A DNA stretch of 64,000 nucleotides from an uncultured Actinomycetota bacterium (GTDB taxonomy: Bacteria > Actinomycetota > Thermoleophilia > RBG-16-64-13). Numbering within the stretch: position 1 is the stretch's first letter; each line of letters opens with the position of its first letter. The notes beneath the pieces were generated by a model. The model was not told the origin of the DNA. It did not search any database and worked only from the letters and a program-made list of their open reading frames with translations. The stretch is from positions 152,435 to 216,434 of the forward strand of contig CAWAOX010000018.1 of the NCBI GenBank assembly GCA_963783835.1, in the 5' to 3' direction. Below are positions 50,459-59,463 of the stretch, one piece after another. A program made the translations under genes and the position numbers.

Positions 50459-51949
50459 ATGAGCAGCGGGGGAAAAGAGCCGAAAGACCGAGAAGGCGCG
50501 ACCGGCGCAACGCCGGGACCCGTCATCAGCCGGAGGGAGTTCCTCAAGGTCGCGGGGATAGCTGGCGCCGCGATTGGTGTCGGCGCGGGGCTGGGCGGGT
50601 TGCTGGCCGCCTGCGGTAATGAGACGACCACCACGACCGGGGCGCCGACCACCGGGGCGCCGACCACCCAGGCGACCACGGCTACGACGGCGGCGGCCAG
50701 CACCACCACCGTCAGTGCTGCCGCCGAGATGGGCCGGGAGATTAAGATCGGTGTCGTGATGCCCAAGACCGGCCCGCTGGCGGCCTTCGGCCCGGCGGAC
50801 GAGTGGGGCGCCAGTCTGGCGTCCGAAGTGATAGGGGACGGGATGGTCCTTGGGGACGCCAAGAAGCACCCGGTCACCTTCGTGCTGAGAGACTGTCAAT
50901 CCGACTCCAACAGAGCCGCCCAGATAGCGGGCGATCTTATCCAGAACGACAAGGTGGACATACTCCTGGGCTCGGTGACTCCCGATGTCACAAACCCGGC
51001 TGCGGATCAGGCCGAGGCCATGGGGACGCCTTTCATGACCAGCTATGCTCCCTGGCAGGCGTTCATATTCGGGCGGGGCGCCGATCTGACCAAGACGTTC
51101 AAGTGGACGTATGCTCATTCGATGGGCACCGAGCAGATGGGCTATAGCATCATCGGGGCCGTAGATCAGATCCCCAACAACAAGATGGTCGCACTTATCA
51201 CCATGAACAACCCGGACGGCAATGCCTGGCTGGACGACAAATACGGCACCCCGGTGGCCTTGCGAAAGTACGGCTATGAACTGGCCGCCTCCACCCAGTT
51301 CAATCTAGGCTCCGAGGACTTCACCAAGGAGATCGCCACTTTCAAGAAGGCGGGCGTCGACGTGCTGATCGCCGCAATGCAACCGCCGGATTTCACCAAT
51401 TTCTGGAAGCAATCGATGCAGCAGGGGTTCACTCCTAAGATACCGAGCGGAGGGCTGGGCATCACGATGCCTCCGGGCGTGGCTGGCATCGGCCCGCAAG
51501 CAGTCGGCCTGATCATCGAGCACGGCTGGACTCGGGACTATCCCTACATCGATCCTCTCACCGGGATGAATTGCCCGCAGTTGGCGGCGAGATGGGAGAA
51601 GGACACCGGCCTCCAAGAGCAATTGTCCATCGGCTTCCTGGACAAGTTCGCGTGGACGGTAGATGTGCTCAAGCGCACCAAGAACCTGGACGACAAAGAG
51701 TCGATCGTCGAGGCCATCAAGACCACCAAGATGGACGGCATAACCGGTCCCATCGATTTCACTGCCCCGATCGACGCCGATCCAACTGCGACGGACAGCT
51801 TCCGGCCGCATCCGAACGTGTCCAAGCCCGTGTGGACCGGTGCGCAATGGATCAAAGGGACGACGTGGCCTATCGACGCGGTGACCGTGAATAACGTATT
51901 GGCTCCGGCGGTGCCGACGGTGCCGACAGTCCCGTACGTGTACGCATGA
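50459..51949 (+). CDS. Orphan ABC substrate-binding lipoprotein, branched-chain-amino-acid type, paralog B
   Basis: AAGGAG RBS. SRREFLKVAG plus lipobox LLAAC, a T/A linker, then IKIGVVMPKTGPLAAFG...CQSDSNRAAQIAGDLI. Confidence 0.75.
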   Translation: MSSGGKEPKDREGATGATPGPVISRREFLKVAGIAGAAIGVGAGLGGLLAACGNETTTTTGAPTTGAPTTQATTATTAAASTTTVSAAAEMGREIKIGVVMPKTGPLAAFGPADEWGASLASEVIGDGMVLGDAKKHPVTFVLRDCQSDSNRAAQIAGDLIQNDKVDILLGSVTPDVTNPAADQAEAMGTPFMTSYAPWQAFIFGRGADLTKTFKWTYAHSMGTEQMGYSIIGAVDQIPNNKMVALITMNNPDGNAWLDDKYGTPVALRKYGYELAASTQFNLGSEDFTKEIATFKKAGVDVLIAAMQPPDFTNFWKQSMQQGFTPKIPSGGLGITMPPGVAGIGPQAVGLIIEHGWTRDYPYIDPLTGMNCPQLAARWEKDTGLQEQLSIGFLDKFAWTVDVLKRTKNLDDKESIVEAIKTTKMDGITGPIDFTAPIDADPTATDSFRPHPNVSKPVWTGAQWIKGTTWPIDAVTVNNVLAPAVPTVPTVPYVYA

Positions 51950-52093
51950 AACTAGATAGGACCGGGTGCCGCCCAGCAGGTGCCCGGTCCCAGGCGCAAG
52001 GCAGGTAGTCGACCCCCTGTGTAGGGGCCGCCCCCAGTCCAGCGGGGCTGCGGGGCGGCCCAAGACATCCGAGAGCGGGTCACCGAAAGAAGG

Positions 52094-52981
52094 ATGGAGC
52101 GTATGCACCGAGTTCTCTTGCCCTTTGAGTTCGCCGAGCCCACGAGCGTGGCCGAGGTCATCGAACTCGTGGACGGCGAGAAGGCCAGACCGCTAGCCGG
52201 AGGCGTCGATCTTGTCCTCAAGATGCGGCTGCGCCAAGTCGTCCCGGAGAGGGTGGTCAGCCTGCAGAAAGTGCCCGGCCTGGACTACGTGCAGGCGGAT
52301 GGCTATACGCTCAGATTCGGCGCTCTAGCCACGCTCAGGCAGATTGAGCGGGCACCGGAGGTCAAGGACCGGTGGCCCCTCCTGGCCGAAGCCATCGGTT
52401 GCATCGTGTCCGTGCAGACCAAGGTGATGGGCACGGCGGTCGGCAACCTGTGTGTCGGCACCCCGGCGTCCGACGTGGCCCCGGCCCTCTACGCCCTCGG
52501 CGCCCGGGTGAAGATCGCCGGCAGGCAGGGGGTGCGGGAGATCCCCATCGAGGAGTTCTTCGTGGACGCCGGGAAGACCGCGGTCGGGCGTAACGAGATC
52601 GTGACAGAGATCGTGGTGCCGGTCCCGCCTTTGGGGAGCGCCGGCGCTTTCCTCAAGCTCTCCAAGACCTCCGAAGATATCGCCAAAGTGAACGCCGCCG
52701 TCATGGTGTCCGTTTCCGGCGACACCTGCACTTCGGCTCGGATCGCCCTTGGCTCGGTGGCGCCGACCCCGGTGAGGGCGGTGGAAGCGGAGCAAGTGCT
52801 GCAAGGACGGCCTTTGAGCGCGAAAGCTATCGCGGAGGCAGCCGAAGCGGCCTGCGAAGCGGTCGCTCCGATATCCGACGTGCGCTCCACCGCGGCCTAC
52901 CGCAACGAGATGGTGCGGGTGCTGGTCCGGGACGCGCTGGTCAGGGCGGTCTCGCGAGTCCCAGCTGCAAAGGAGGGATGA
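52094..52981 (+). CDS. Xanthine-dehydrogenase-family molybdoenzyme, FAD-binding medium subunit (CoxM-like)
   Basis: PCMH-type FAD domain (…ARPLAGGVDLVLKMRL…) with a CO-dehydrogenase-flavoprotein C-terminal domain. Translationally coupled to the next two genes. Confidence 0.75.
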   Translation: MERMHRVLLPFEFAEPTSVAEVIELVDGEKARPLAGGVDLVLKMRLRQVVPERVVSLQKVPGLDYVQADGYTLRFGALATLRQIERAPEVKDRWPLLAEAIGCIVSVQTKVMGTAVGNLCVGTPASDVAPALYALGARVKIAGRQGVREIPIEEFFVDAGKTAVGRNEIVTEIVVPVPPLGSAGAFLKLSKTSEDIAKVNAAVMVSVSGDTCTSARIALGSVAPTPVRAVEAEQVLQGRPLSAKAIAEAAEAACEAVAPISDVRSTAAYRNEMVRVLVRDALVRAVSRVPAAKEG

Positions 52982-53466
52982 TGGCCAAGGAGATAGCGAC
53001 CTTTCTCGTCAACGGCGGGGAGTACGAAGTCATCATCGAGCCCCACGTGCTCCTCATCGATGTGCTCCGGGACAAGCTCGGGCTCACCGGGACCAAATAC
53101 GCCTGCGGCGCCGGTGACTGCGGCGCCTGCACCGTCCTCATCGACGGCAGACCTTCGTTCTCGTGCCTCACGCTGGCGGTCACAGCCAAAGGCAAGAGCA
53201 TCTTTACCATCGAGGGCCTGGCGGAAGGAAATGAACTCCATCCTATCCAGCAGGCTTTCGTGGATAAGGGAGCCATCCAGTGTGGCTTCTGCACGCCGGG
53301 CATGATCCTCTCGGCCAAGGCGCTGCTGGATGAGAACCCCGAGCCCACCCGGGAGGAGATAAAGAGCGCTCTTGCCGGCAACCTATGCCGCTGCACCGGT
53401 TATGTGAAGATCCTGGACGCCGTTGAGTCTGCAGCCGCCGGCCTGAGGAACGGAGGGCAACGATGA
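52978..53466 (+). CDS. Xanthine-dehydrogenase-family [2Fe-2S] small subunit (CoxS-like)
   Basis: CGAGDCGACTV (plant-type 2Fe-2S) plus CGFCTPGM...CRCTGY (second cluster). Confidence 0.8.
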   Translation: MMAKEIATFLVNGGEYEVIIEPHVLLIDVLRDKLGLTGTKYACGAGDCGACTVLIDGRPSFSCLTLAVTAKGKSIFTIEGLAEGNELHPIQQAFVDKGAIQCGFCTPGMILSAKALLDENPEPTREEIKSALAGNLCRCTGYVKILDAVESAAAGLRNGGQR

Positions 53467-55775
53467 CCATGAATACGTTCTCCTGCGTCGGCAAGCCGCT
53501 TACCCGGCCAGATGTTGCTGCCAAGGCTACTGGTGCAGCCGAATACGGAGCCGACGTCACGCTTCCGGGCATGCTGATCGGCAGGATCCTCACTAGCCCA
53601 TACGCTCATGCCAACGTTGTCAAGATCGACACCTCGAGGGCGAGAGCTCTTCCCGGGGTGGCCGCGGTAATAACCCACGAAGACGTCCCCAAGAGAAGCT
53701 TCACCCGCTCGGTCATGGCCGAGGGCCTGCCCCCGTTCGCCTATGAGGGCGAGAATCAGGATCAGTACATCCTCTCCGACAAGGCCCGGTACGTCGGCGA
53801 CTGGATCGCCGCGGTGGCCGCCGTCGATGTGTACACGGCTGAGCGGGCCCTCGACCTCATCGAGGTCGAATACGAGCCGCTTCCCGCCGTCTTCGACCCG
53901 GCAGAAGCCCTCGAGCCGGGTGCTCCCACCGTCCACGAACGCTGGAGGGACAACGTCGCCGGGGTCATCGAGCACTCGTTCAACCGGGGCGACCTGGACA
54001 AGGCCTTGGCCGAGTCCGAATACGTGGTCGAGTTCTCCGGCCGCAATTCCCGGCAGAAACAGGCTCATATGGAGCCGGACGTGGCGGTAGCGCGCTGGGA
54101 CGAACGCGGCCGAGTGACGATCTGGTCGCCGAACCAGAACGCTCACCTCGCCAAGAGGACCATGGCACGGAGGATCTTCGGCATCGGCGAGGGGGACGTC
54201 CGCTGGATCACCACGACCGTGGGCGGAGGGTTCGGGGCTAGGCTCAGTCTTGGAGTCGAGCCGCTCGCCGCGCTACTCGCCAAGGTGACCGGCAAACCGG
54301 TGAAGGTGATCATCACCCGGGAAGAGGACTTCAGTGGCTGGAGCAGCCGTACGGAGCAGCGTCAGACCATCCGACTCGGCGTCACCAAAGATTGCATCAT
54401 CACAGCCATCGAGCAGAGGATCGTCTCCGACGCCGGCGCCTACTTCTCCCACAGCGGCACTATCAGTGCCGTCAACATGCAGGGGACGTTGGGAGTGATG
54501 CGTGCGCCCGTGATATACGGCAAGGCAACGATCGTCTACACCAACAACCCCACCTCGAGCGGCATGCGGGGATACGGCAACCCGGAGGGGTCCTTCATCC
54601 TGCAGCAGGCTATCGACATGGCCGCCGAGAAGTGCGGGATGGACCCCCTCGAGTTCCGCCTGAGGAACGCCAGGGGGGTGGGTGAGCCCAGCATGTGGGA
54701 GCCCCAGATCCTGACGAGTTGCGCTCTTCCTGAGTGCATCACCCGGGGCGCCGAGGCCATCGGCTGGAAGGACAAGTGGTTGGGGTGGGGCCGAAAGAAG
54801 GAGGGCCGCTACCGGCGCGGAGTGGGCATGTCCATCATGACCCACGCAAGCGGCGCGGGTGGCTTCCTCCTGGAACACTCGACCGCCTCCATCAAGTTGA
54901 ACGAGGACGGCTCGGCCCAGCTTGCGGTCAGCCCCTGTGAGATGGGCCAGGGCATCCTCGGCGCCCTCTCGCAGATCGCCGCCGAAGGGATGGGTCTCCG
55001 CTACGAAGACATCCACGTGGTGACCGGGGATACCGACGTCACTCTCTTCGATATCGGCACCCACGCCAGCCGCTCCACCTACGCCATCGGCAACGCCGTC
55101 CTCGACGCGGGTCGCCAGATCAAGGCCATCGTCCTCGAGCGGGCGGCCGCAAGGCTGGAGGCTGCGCCTGAAGCCCTCGACATCAGAGAAGGCCGAGTCT
55201 ACGCGAATGACGATGCCGCGAAAGGCCTGAGCGTGGCCGAGATAGCGAGCGAGGGCATCTACGACTACGGCTTAGACGCGCGGCACATCCAGGCGACCGG
55301 CAAGCACCAGAGCCTCACCCACTGCCCCAACTTCCAGGCGGGTTTTGCCGAGATCGAGGTCGATCTCGAGACCGGGGTGATAAAGGTGCTCAAGTTCGTG
55401 GTCGCCCACGACATCGGCCGGGCCATCAACCCGCTCACGGTGGAGTCCTGTCTTGAAGGGGGCGCCTATCAGGGCTTGGGCTATGCGTTGACCGAGGACC
55501 TCCTTATAGACGGCAAGACCGGCAAGGTGCTCACCGACAGCTTCGCGACCTACAAGATGCTCTCCACCCTGGATATGCCGCCAGTAGAAGTCATCCTCGT
55601 AGAAGAACCCGATCCGACCGGGCCCTTCGGAGCCAAGGGCGTGGGCGAGACCGGAATCACTAACGTGGCGCCCTCGATTGCGAACGCTCTGTACGACGCG
55701 GTCGGTGTACGGATCCATTCGCTTCCGATGACCCCAGAAAAGGTTCTGGAAGCGCTAAAGACGAAACAGGCTTAG
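53463..55775 (+). CDS. Xanthine-dehydrogenase-family molybdopterin-binding large subunit (CoxL-like, hydroxylase type)
   Basis: 770 aa with aldehyde-oxidase/XDH a/b-hammerhead and MoCo domains. GGGFGAR motif (hydroxylase-type rather than the CODH VAYRCSFR loop). Confidence 0.8.
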   Translation: MTMNTFSCVGKPLTRPDVAAKATGAAEYGADVTLPGMLIGRILTSPYAHANVVKIDTSRARALPGVAAVITHEDVPKRSFTRSVMAEGLPPFAYEGENQDQYILSDKARYVGDWIAAVAAVDVYTAERALDLIEVEYEPLPAVFDPAEALEPGAPTVHERWRDNVAGVIEHSFNRGDLDKALAESEYVVEFSGRNSRQKQAHMEPDVAVARWDERGRVTIWSPNQNAHLAKRTMARRIFGIGEGDVRWITTTVGGGFGARLSLGVEPLAALLAKVTGKPVKVIITREEDFSGWSSRTEQRQTIRLGVTKDCIITAIEQRIVSDAGAYFSHSGTISAVNMQGTLGVMRAPVIYGKATIVYTNNPTSSGMRGYGNPEGSFILQQAIDMAAEKCGMDPLEFRLRNARGVGEPSMWEPQILTSCALPECITRGAEAIGWKDKWLGWGRKKEGRYRRGVGMSIMTHASGAGGFLLEHSTASIKLNEDGSAQLAVSPCEMGQGILGALSQIAAEGMGLRYEDIHVVTGDTDVTLFDIGTHASRSTYAIGNAVLDAGRQIKAIVLERAAARLEAAPEALDIREGRVYANDDAAKGLSVAEIASEGIYDYGLDARHIQATGKHQSLTHCPNFQAGFAEIEVDLETGVIKVLKFVVAHDIGRAINPLTVESCLEGGAYQGLGYALTEDLLIDGKTGKVLTDSFATYKMLSTLDMPPVEVILVEEPDPTGPFGAKGVGETGITNVAPSIANALYDAVGVRIHSLPMTPEKVLEALKTKQA

Positions 55776-55788
55776 GAGAGGAGCTCTC

Positions 55789-56583
55789 ATGAGGATGATC
55801 GACCCCCATCTGCACTTGGACCGCATGAAGGGCAAAGACGTCGAGACCCTCTCTATCGCGGGAGTCGAGGCGGCGGTGCTGCCGACACCCCATCTTCTGC
55901 AGTGGATGGTCTCGGCGGAGACGCTCTTTCGGATGTGGCGCATGTTCTTGGACTTCGAGGTCAAGCACTCCGAATCGCTTGGTATCAAGGTCTTTGTGAC
56001 CCTGGGCGTCCCTTTCTACGGACTGGATACGGAATCCGTGGCCGAGGCCCTGGTCGAGCTGCCCAAGTATCTGAGCCATCCCTCCGTCGTGGGTCTCGGG
56101 GAGATAGGCATGGACGCCGGCATAGCCGACGAGGAGAAGATCTTCCGGAGACAACTGGCCATCGCCAAGGAGCATGACAAGCCAGTGATTGTGCACACCC
56201 CGACTCCGTTGGAGCCACAAGCCACGGACGTCTTCCGCCAAATAGTCAAAGTGGTCGAGAGCGAGCACTTCCCCATGGATCGGGTGGTATTCGATCACAC
56301 TGGGATCCAGACCCTGAAGGAACGCCTCAATACGGGAGCTATGGTCGGACTGAGCCTCTGCTACGACAAACTCCGGCCGGAAGACGCAGCCGAGGTGGTT
56401 GCCGAGTACGAGGATTACCGGCCACAACTGCTGGTCAATTCGGAATTCGGCTACAGCGGGGAAGGGTACTACTCGGTACCGCGGGCGGTGCTCTCTATGC
56501 GGAGACTGGGACTCAAGAGGGATGTCATCGAAGGCGTCACCTGGGATAACCCGCGTAGGTTCTTTGGTCTGAACGTGGATTAG
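55789..56583 (+). CDS. TatD-like metal-dependent hydrolase, paralog B
   Basis: AGGAGAGGAG RBS. MRMIDPHLHLDRMKGKDVETLSIAG..., about 85% identical to the paralog at 43596. Confidence 0.7.
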   Translation: MRMIDPHLHLDRMKGKDVETLSIAGVEAAVLPTPHLLQWMVSAETLFRMWRMFLDFEVKHSESLGIKVFVTLGVPFYGLDTESVAEALVELPKYLSHPSVVGLGEIGMDAGIADEEKIFRRQLAIAKEHDKPVIVHTPTPLEPQATDVFRQIVKVVESEHFPMDRVVFDHTGIQTLKERLNTGAMVGLSLCYDKLRPEDAAEVVAEYEDYRPQLLVNSEFGYSGEGYYSVPRAVLSMRRLGLKRDVIEGVTWDNPRRFFGLNVD

Positions 56584-56666
56584 GGACGGGAGGCCCTCCG
56601 CTGAGAGCTTGAGCGTGGTGGTGTACCATGACCGCGAATACGGATGAATCGAGAGTTGAGCTGTAG

Positions 56667-56756
56667 ATGATACAAAGTCTAGTCAAGGGGCTGATGGTTC
56701 TATCGCTCTTCGACAAGGTTCGGTCGGAGTGGACCTTGGTACGCCATCAAGTCTGA
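56667..56756 (+). pseudogene. 30-codon remnant of an IclR-regulator N-terminus (duplicate of 38852..)
   Basis: MIQSLVKGLMVLSLFDKVRSEWTLV then a stop. Compare MIQSLVKGLAVLSLFDKVHPEWTLD at 38852. Confidence 0.7.
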
Positions 56757-57008
56757 GTTACGCCGAAGAACATGGCGCTCTCCCGCGTGAACGAGGGAGT
56801 CCCGAAGGGACACGGGAATTCGTCGAAACAGCTTGACAGCCTGTGACACCCGGCGTTGGGCGGTTCGTTGGAAGAATGTTGGGAGCGCCGGGGACGAGTG
56901 AGCCGCCCTTCTCGCGGCGCAAGAGCCCGTCACCGCACAAGATGGCCCAAGTGCCGCTCATCAACCGAAGGTCGCAGGCCACCTTCTTTCTCGTCCCAGC
57001 TCCCCCTA

Positions 57009-58590
57009 CTAGAACCGCATGTTCAGTATCCCAGCCGTGCGGGGACGGTGACGGGCAGGCCCGGTCGGCGGCAGGGCGGTCGAGCGCCGACAGTAGAAGG
57101 CGATGCCGTAGGAAAGGGCATCGGCGGTGTGTTCGGCCTCGTTGTGCTCAAGGTCGGTCTCCTTCGTCACCCTACCTTCTGCGTCGGTGGGCCACTTGGC
57201 TTCTTCCAGGTCACGGGCGAAGTCCTCGAGATCTGCCCGATAGGCGAATCGCCCCCTTCTGTTCTGGCCGATGTCCCGCTCCGCCATCATGTCCCGGACC
57301 AGGCGAATGCGGTCAGCGAACGTTCTTCAGGTGGGCGGGGCGATGACATGGATGCCATAGCGTTCGCTCAGCTCCCCGAAAGACTGAGCGCCCGTAAGTG
57401 AGGTCCCGATTAAAGCCAGAGGGGTCTCCGGTCACCTGCAGCTTGCCGTAGCTGACCCGCCAGGTGCGCTATGAGGTCGGCGTAGGTCTCGGCCGTGGCA
57501 TCGTGTCCCTTCCAGGCGTCCATCACCCGGCACTCGCTCACCCCCGGTACCTCGACGAACTGGAGAGAGCACCGCGGCCGCCGTAGTCACCCCCGGGTCG
57601 ATGCTGACCACGAACACCCCGCCCGGCTCGATGGCCAGCTCGGCGCACCCATGGCGGGCGGCGTCGAACTCGGGGAAGGCCCGGCCGGCGATGGAGCGCT
57701 CGTAGCTGATGTCGAGCTCCTGGGCGACCTGCTCCGGGGGCATGCAGCTGGCATTGCTCGTCATACCAGGGGCTGCGCCACTCCCCACCCTCGCAGGGCT
57801 GCGAGCGCCCCGGGATGGCGTGACCCCTCCGGGGCACTGGTACTGGTCCCGTCCCTTTCACGGGGATGCTGCGCTCCAGTGGTGGCGGACCTGCTGCAGG
57901 GTGTCGGAGCTCCCGCAGCTAGGCGAAGACGTTGCTCTGTGCCCTGCGGGGTGGAGAGGTAGATGGGGACAGCGCACCGCCTGGGCGAAGGCGGCCTGGA
58001 TGGCGCAGCTGTGCTCGGTGGCGGCGGTCTCGTCCCAGAGACCGTAGAGGAAGGTGCCGCCCCGCCCGGCGTTGGGGTTGGCCGCCTCCCCGATGATGGC
58101 TGGCCTCCGAGCACCGGGTTGACGAGACTCAGGTGGCGGATCTCCAAGCGGAACGTCTCCTCGCCCGGCAGCCGTTCATACATGAAGCGGATCTTGCCGT
58201 GGAGCGAGTCGGGGGTGGAGTTCTGCCCCCCGTCATCCACCTTCTGCTCCTTGCGGCTGATGTTGAGGGCCTGGAAGTTCCTCCAGTGCTCAGGGTGTAG
58301 AGCTCCAGCGCCATCATGAGCCAGGTGTCGCCCATCTGCCGGGACTTCTCGGTACGGATGCCGGCCGGTTCGTCCGCGGCGGGCCTTGGCCACCTCGGTC
58401 GAAGAAGATGCGGACGAAGTCCTCCTGGTAGTCGTAGAGGTCGAAGGGGAGGACCCCGCCGGGAGCGGTGGGGTCCAGGATGAGGCAGTTCGCCTCGATC
58501 CAGGCGATGCAGTGCTCGGCCTGGACCTCGAGCGGCTGGCGACTCGATGCCCGGGCCGCGCCGGGCCAGCTCCTCCCGTATGTGCCTCAA
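57009..58590 (-). pseudogene. Phage terminase large subunit, split over 3-4 frames
   Basis: Minus-strand pieces: ...PFDLYDYQEDFVRIFFD (N-terminal ATPase region), ...ISYERSIAGRAF...VFVVSIDPGVTTAAAV (nuclease domain), ...HNEAEHTADALSYGIAF (C-terminus). High GC, unlike the catabolic block. Confidence 0.55.
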
Positions 58591-58593
58591 GCG

Positions 58594-59016
58594 TCACGTT
58601 GAGTACGAGCTTCCTAGTGTCCATGCTGACGCTCCACGATCTTCTCGAGGTGGTCTAGTTCGACGATCGGAAAGAGCGGATAGGTCGATGGGGACGGCCT
58701 GGATCTGGATGGGCCCCCCGTCGGGTCCGGCGAGGCGCACGGGGGCATCGAGCCCCAGCAACTCCGACCGGAGTTTCTTGATGAGGCGCCGCTCGGTCAT
58801 GAAGCGCGGATCCTTGGTGTTCTGGAACTGAAGGGCGCAGTCGCGCTCCATCTCGAAAAGATCAGCGACCTCTTTGCCCCGCAGCGCCTCGACGTCACCG
58901 AGTGCCGCTTCGCGCCAGCGGGAGACCAGGATCTTGACGTCGCGGGCGACGGTCGGTTGGCTCACCCTGAGCTGCTCGGCGATCTCCTGCTGGCGCATGC
59001 CCAGGCGGAAATACAT
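58594..59016 (-). CDS. Phage terminase small subunit-like HTH protein
   Basis: MRQQEIAEQLRVSQPTVARDVKIL (HTH)...RLIKKLRSELLGLDAP. Sits immediately upstream of the terminase-large fragments. Confidence 0.5.
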   Translation of the reverse strand: MYFRLGMRQQEIAEQLRVSQPTVARDVKILVSRWREAALGDVEALRGKEVADLFEMERDCALQFQNTKDPRFMTERRLIKKLRSELLGLDAPVRLAGPDGGPIQIQAVPIDLSALSDRRTRPPREDRGASAWTLGSSYST

Positions 59017-59085
59017 CTCCGAGACCTTGGATCGCGGCGTTCTTCCGCCCGAAGACGAGCGGCCTGTATCTGTCCGGCGGCCATG

Positions 59086-59463
59086 TCACTCACCCCCTTC
59101 AAGAAGACGGGGGACGAGACCCATGCCCGCCAGGCGTTCCAGACTCACGGCCACATACTTGGGTTCGAGCTCCAGGGCGTAGCAGACCCTGCCCGTCTGC
59201 TCAGCCGCCACCGCGGTGGTGCCGGAACCCAGGAAGGGATCGAAGACCAGTGTCGCCCGGGCGGCTGGAGTTGAGCAGCGCCCGGCTGAAGAGTTCGACC
59301 GGCTTCATGGTGGGATGCTCCTCGGAGCGGGCCGGACGCGGGATCTGCCAGAGGTCGCTCTGGCTGCGGTCTTCGACCGGGACCAGCCGGCGTGCGCCCG
59401 TTCCTTCCAGCCGTACCAGATGGGCTCATACTGGGTGTGGTAGTCCTTGCGGGACGCCCTCAT
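59086..59463 (-). pseudogene. Phage-type N6/N4 DNA methyltransferase, C-terminal part only, frameshifted
   Basis: Minus strand reads ...DYHTQYEPIWYGWKE...HPTMKPVELFSRALLNSSRPGD. With a 1-nt correction it continues TVFDPFLGSGTTAVAAEQTGRVCYALELEPKYV (PF01555 C-terminal motifs). The N-terminal DPPY region is missing. Confidence 0.5.

Noticed and set aside
57761-58624. 287-aa Pro/Ser/Arg-rich minus-strand ORF
   Set aside because: Wrong-frame read-through of the frameshifted terminase large-subunit region. The recognisable terminase motifs are in the neighbouring frames.
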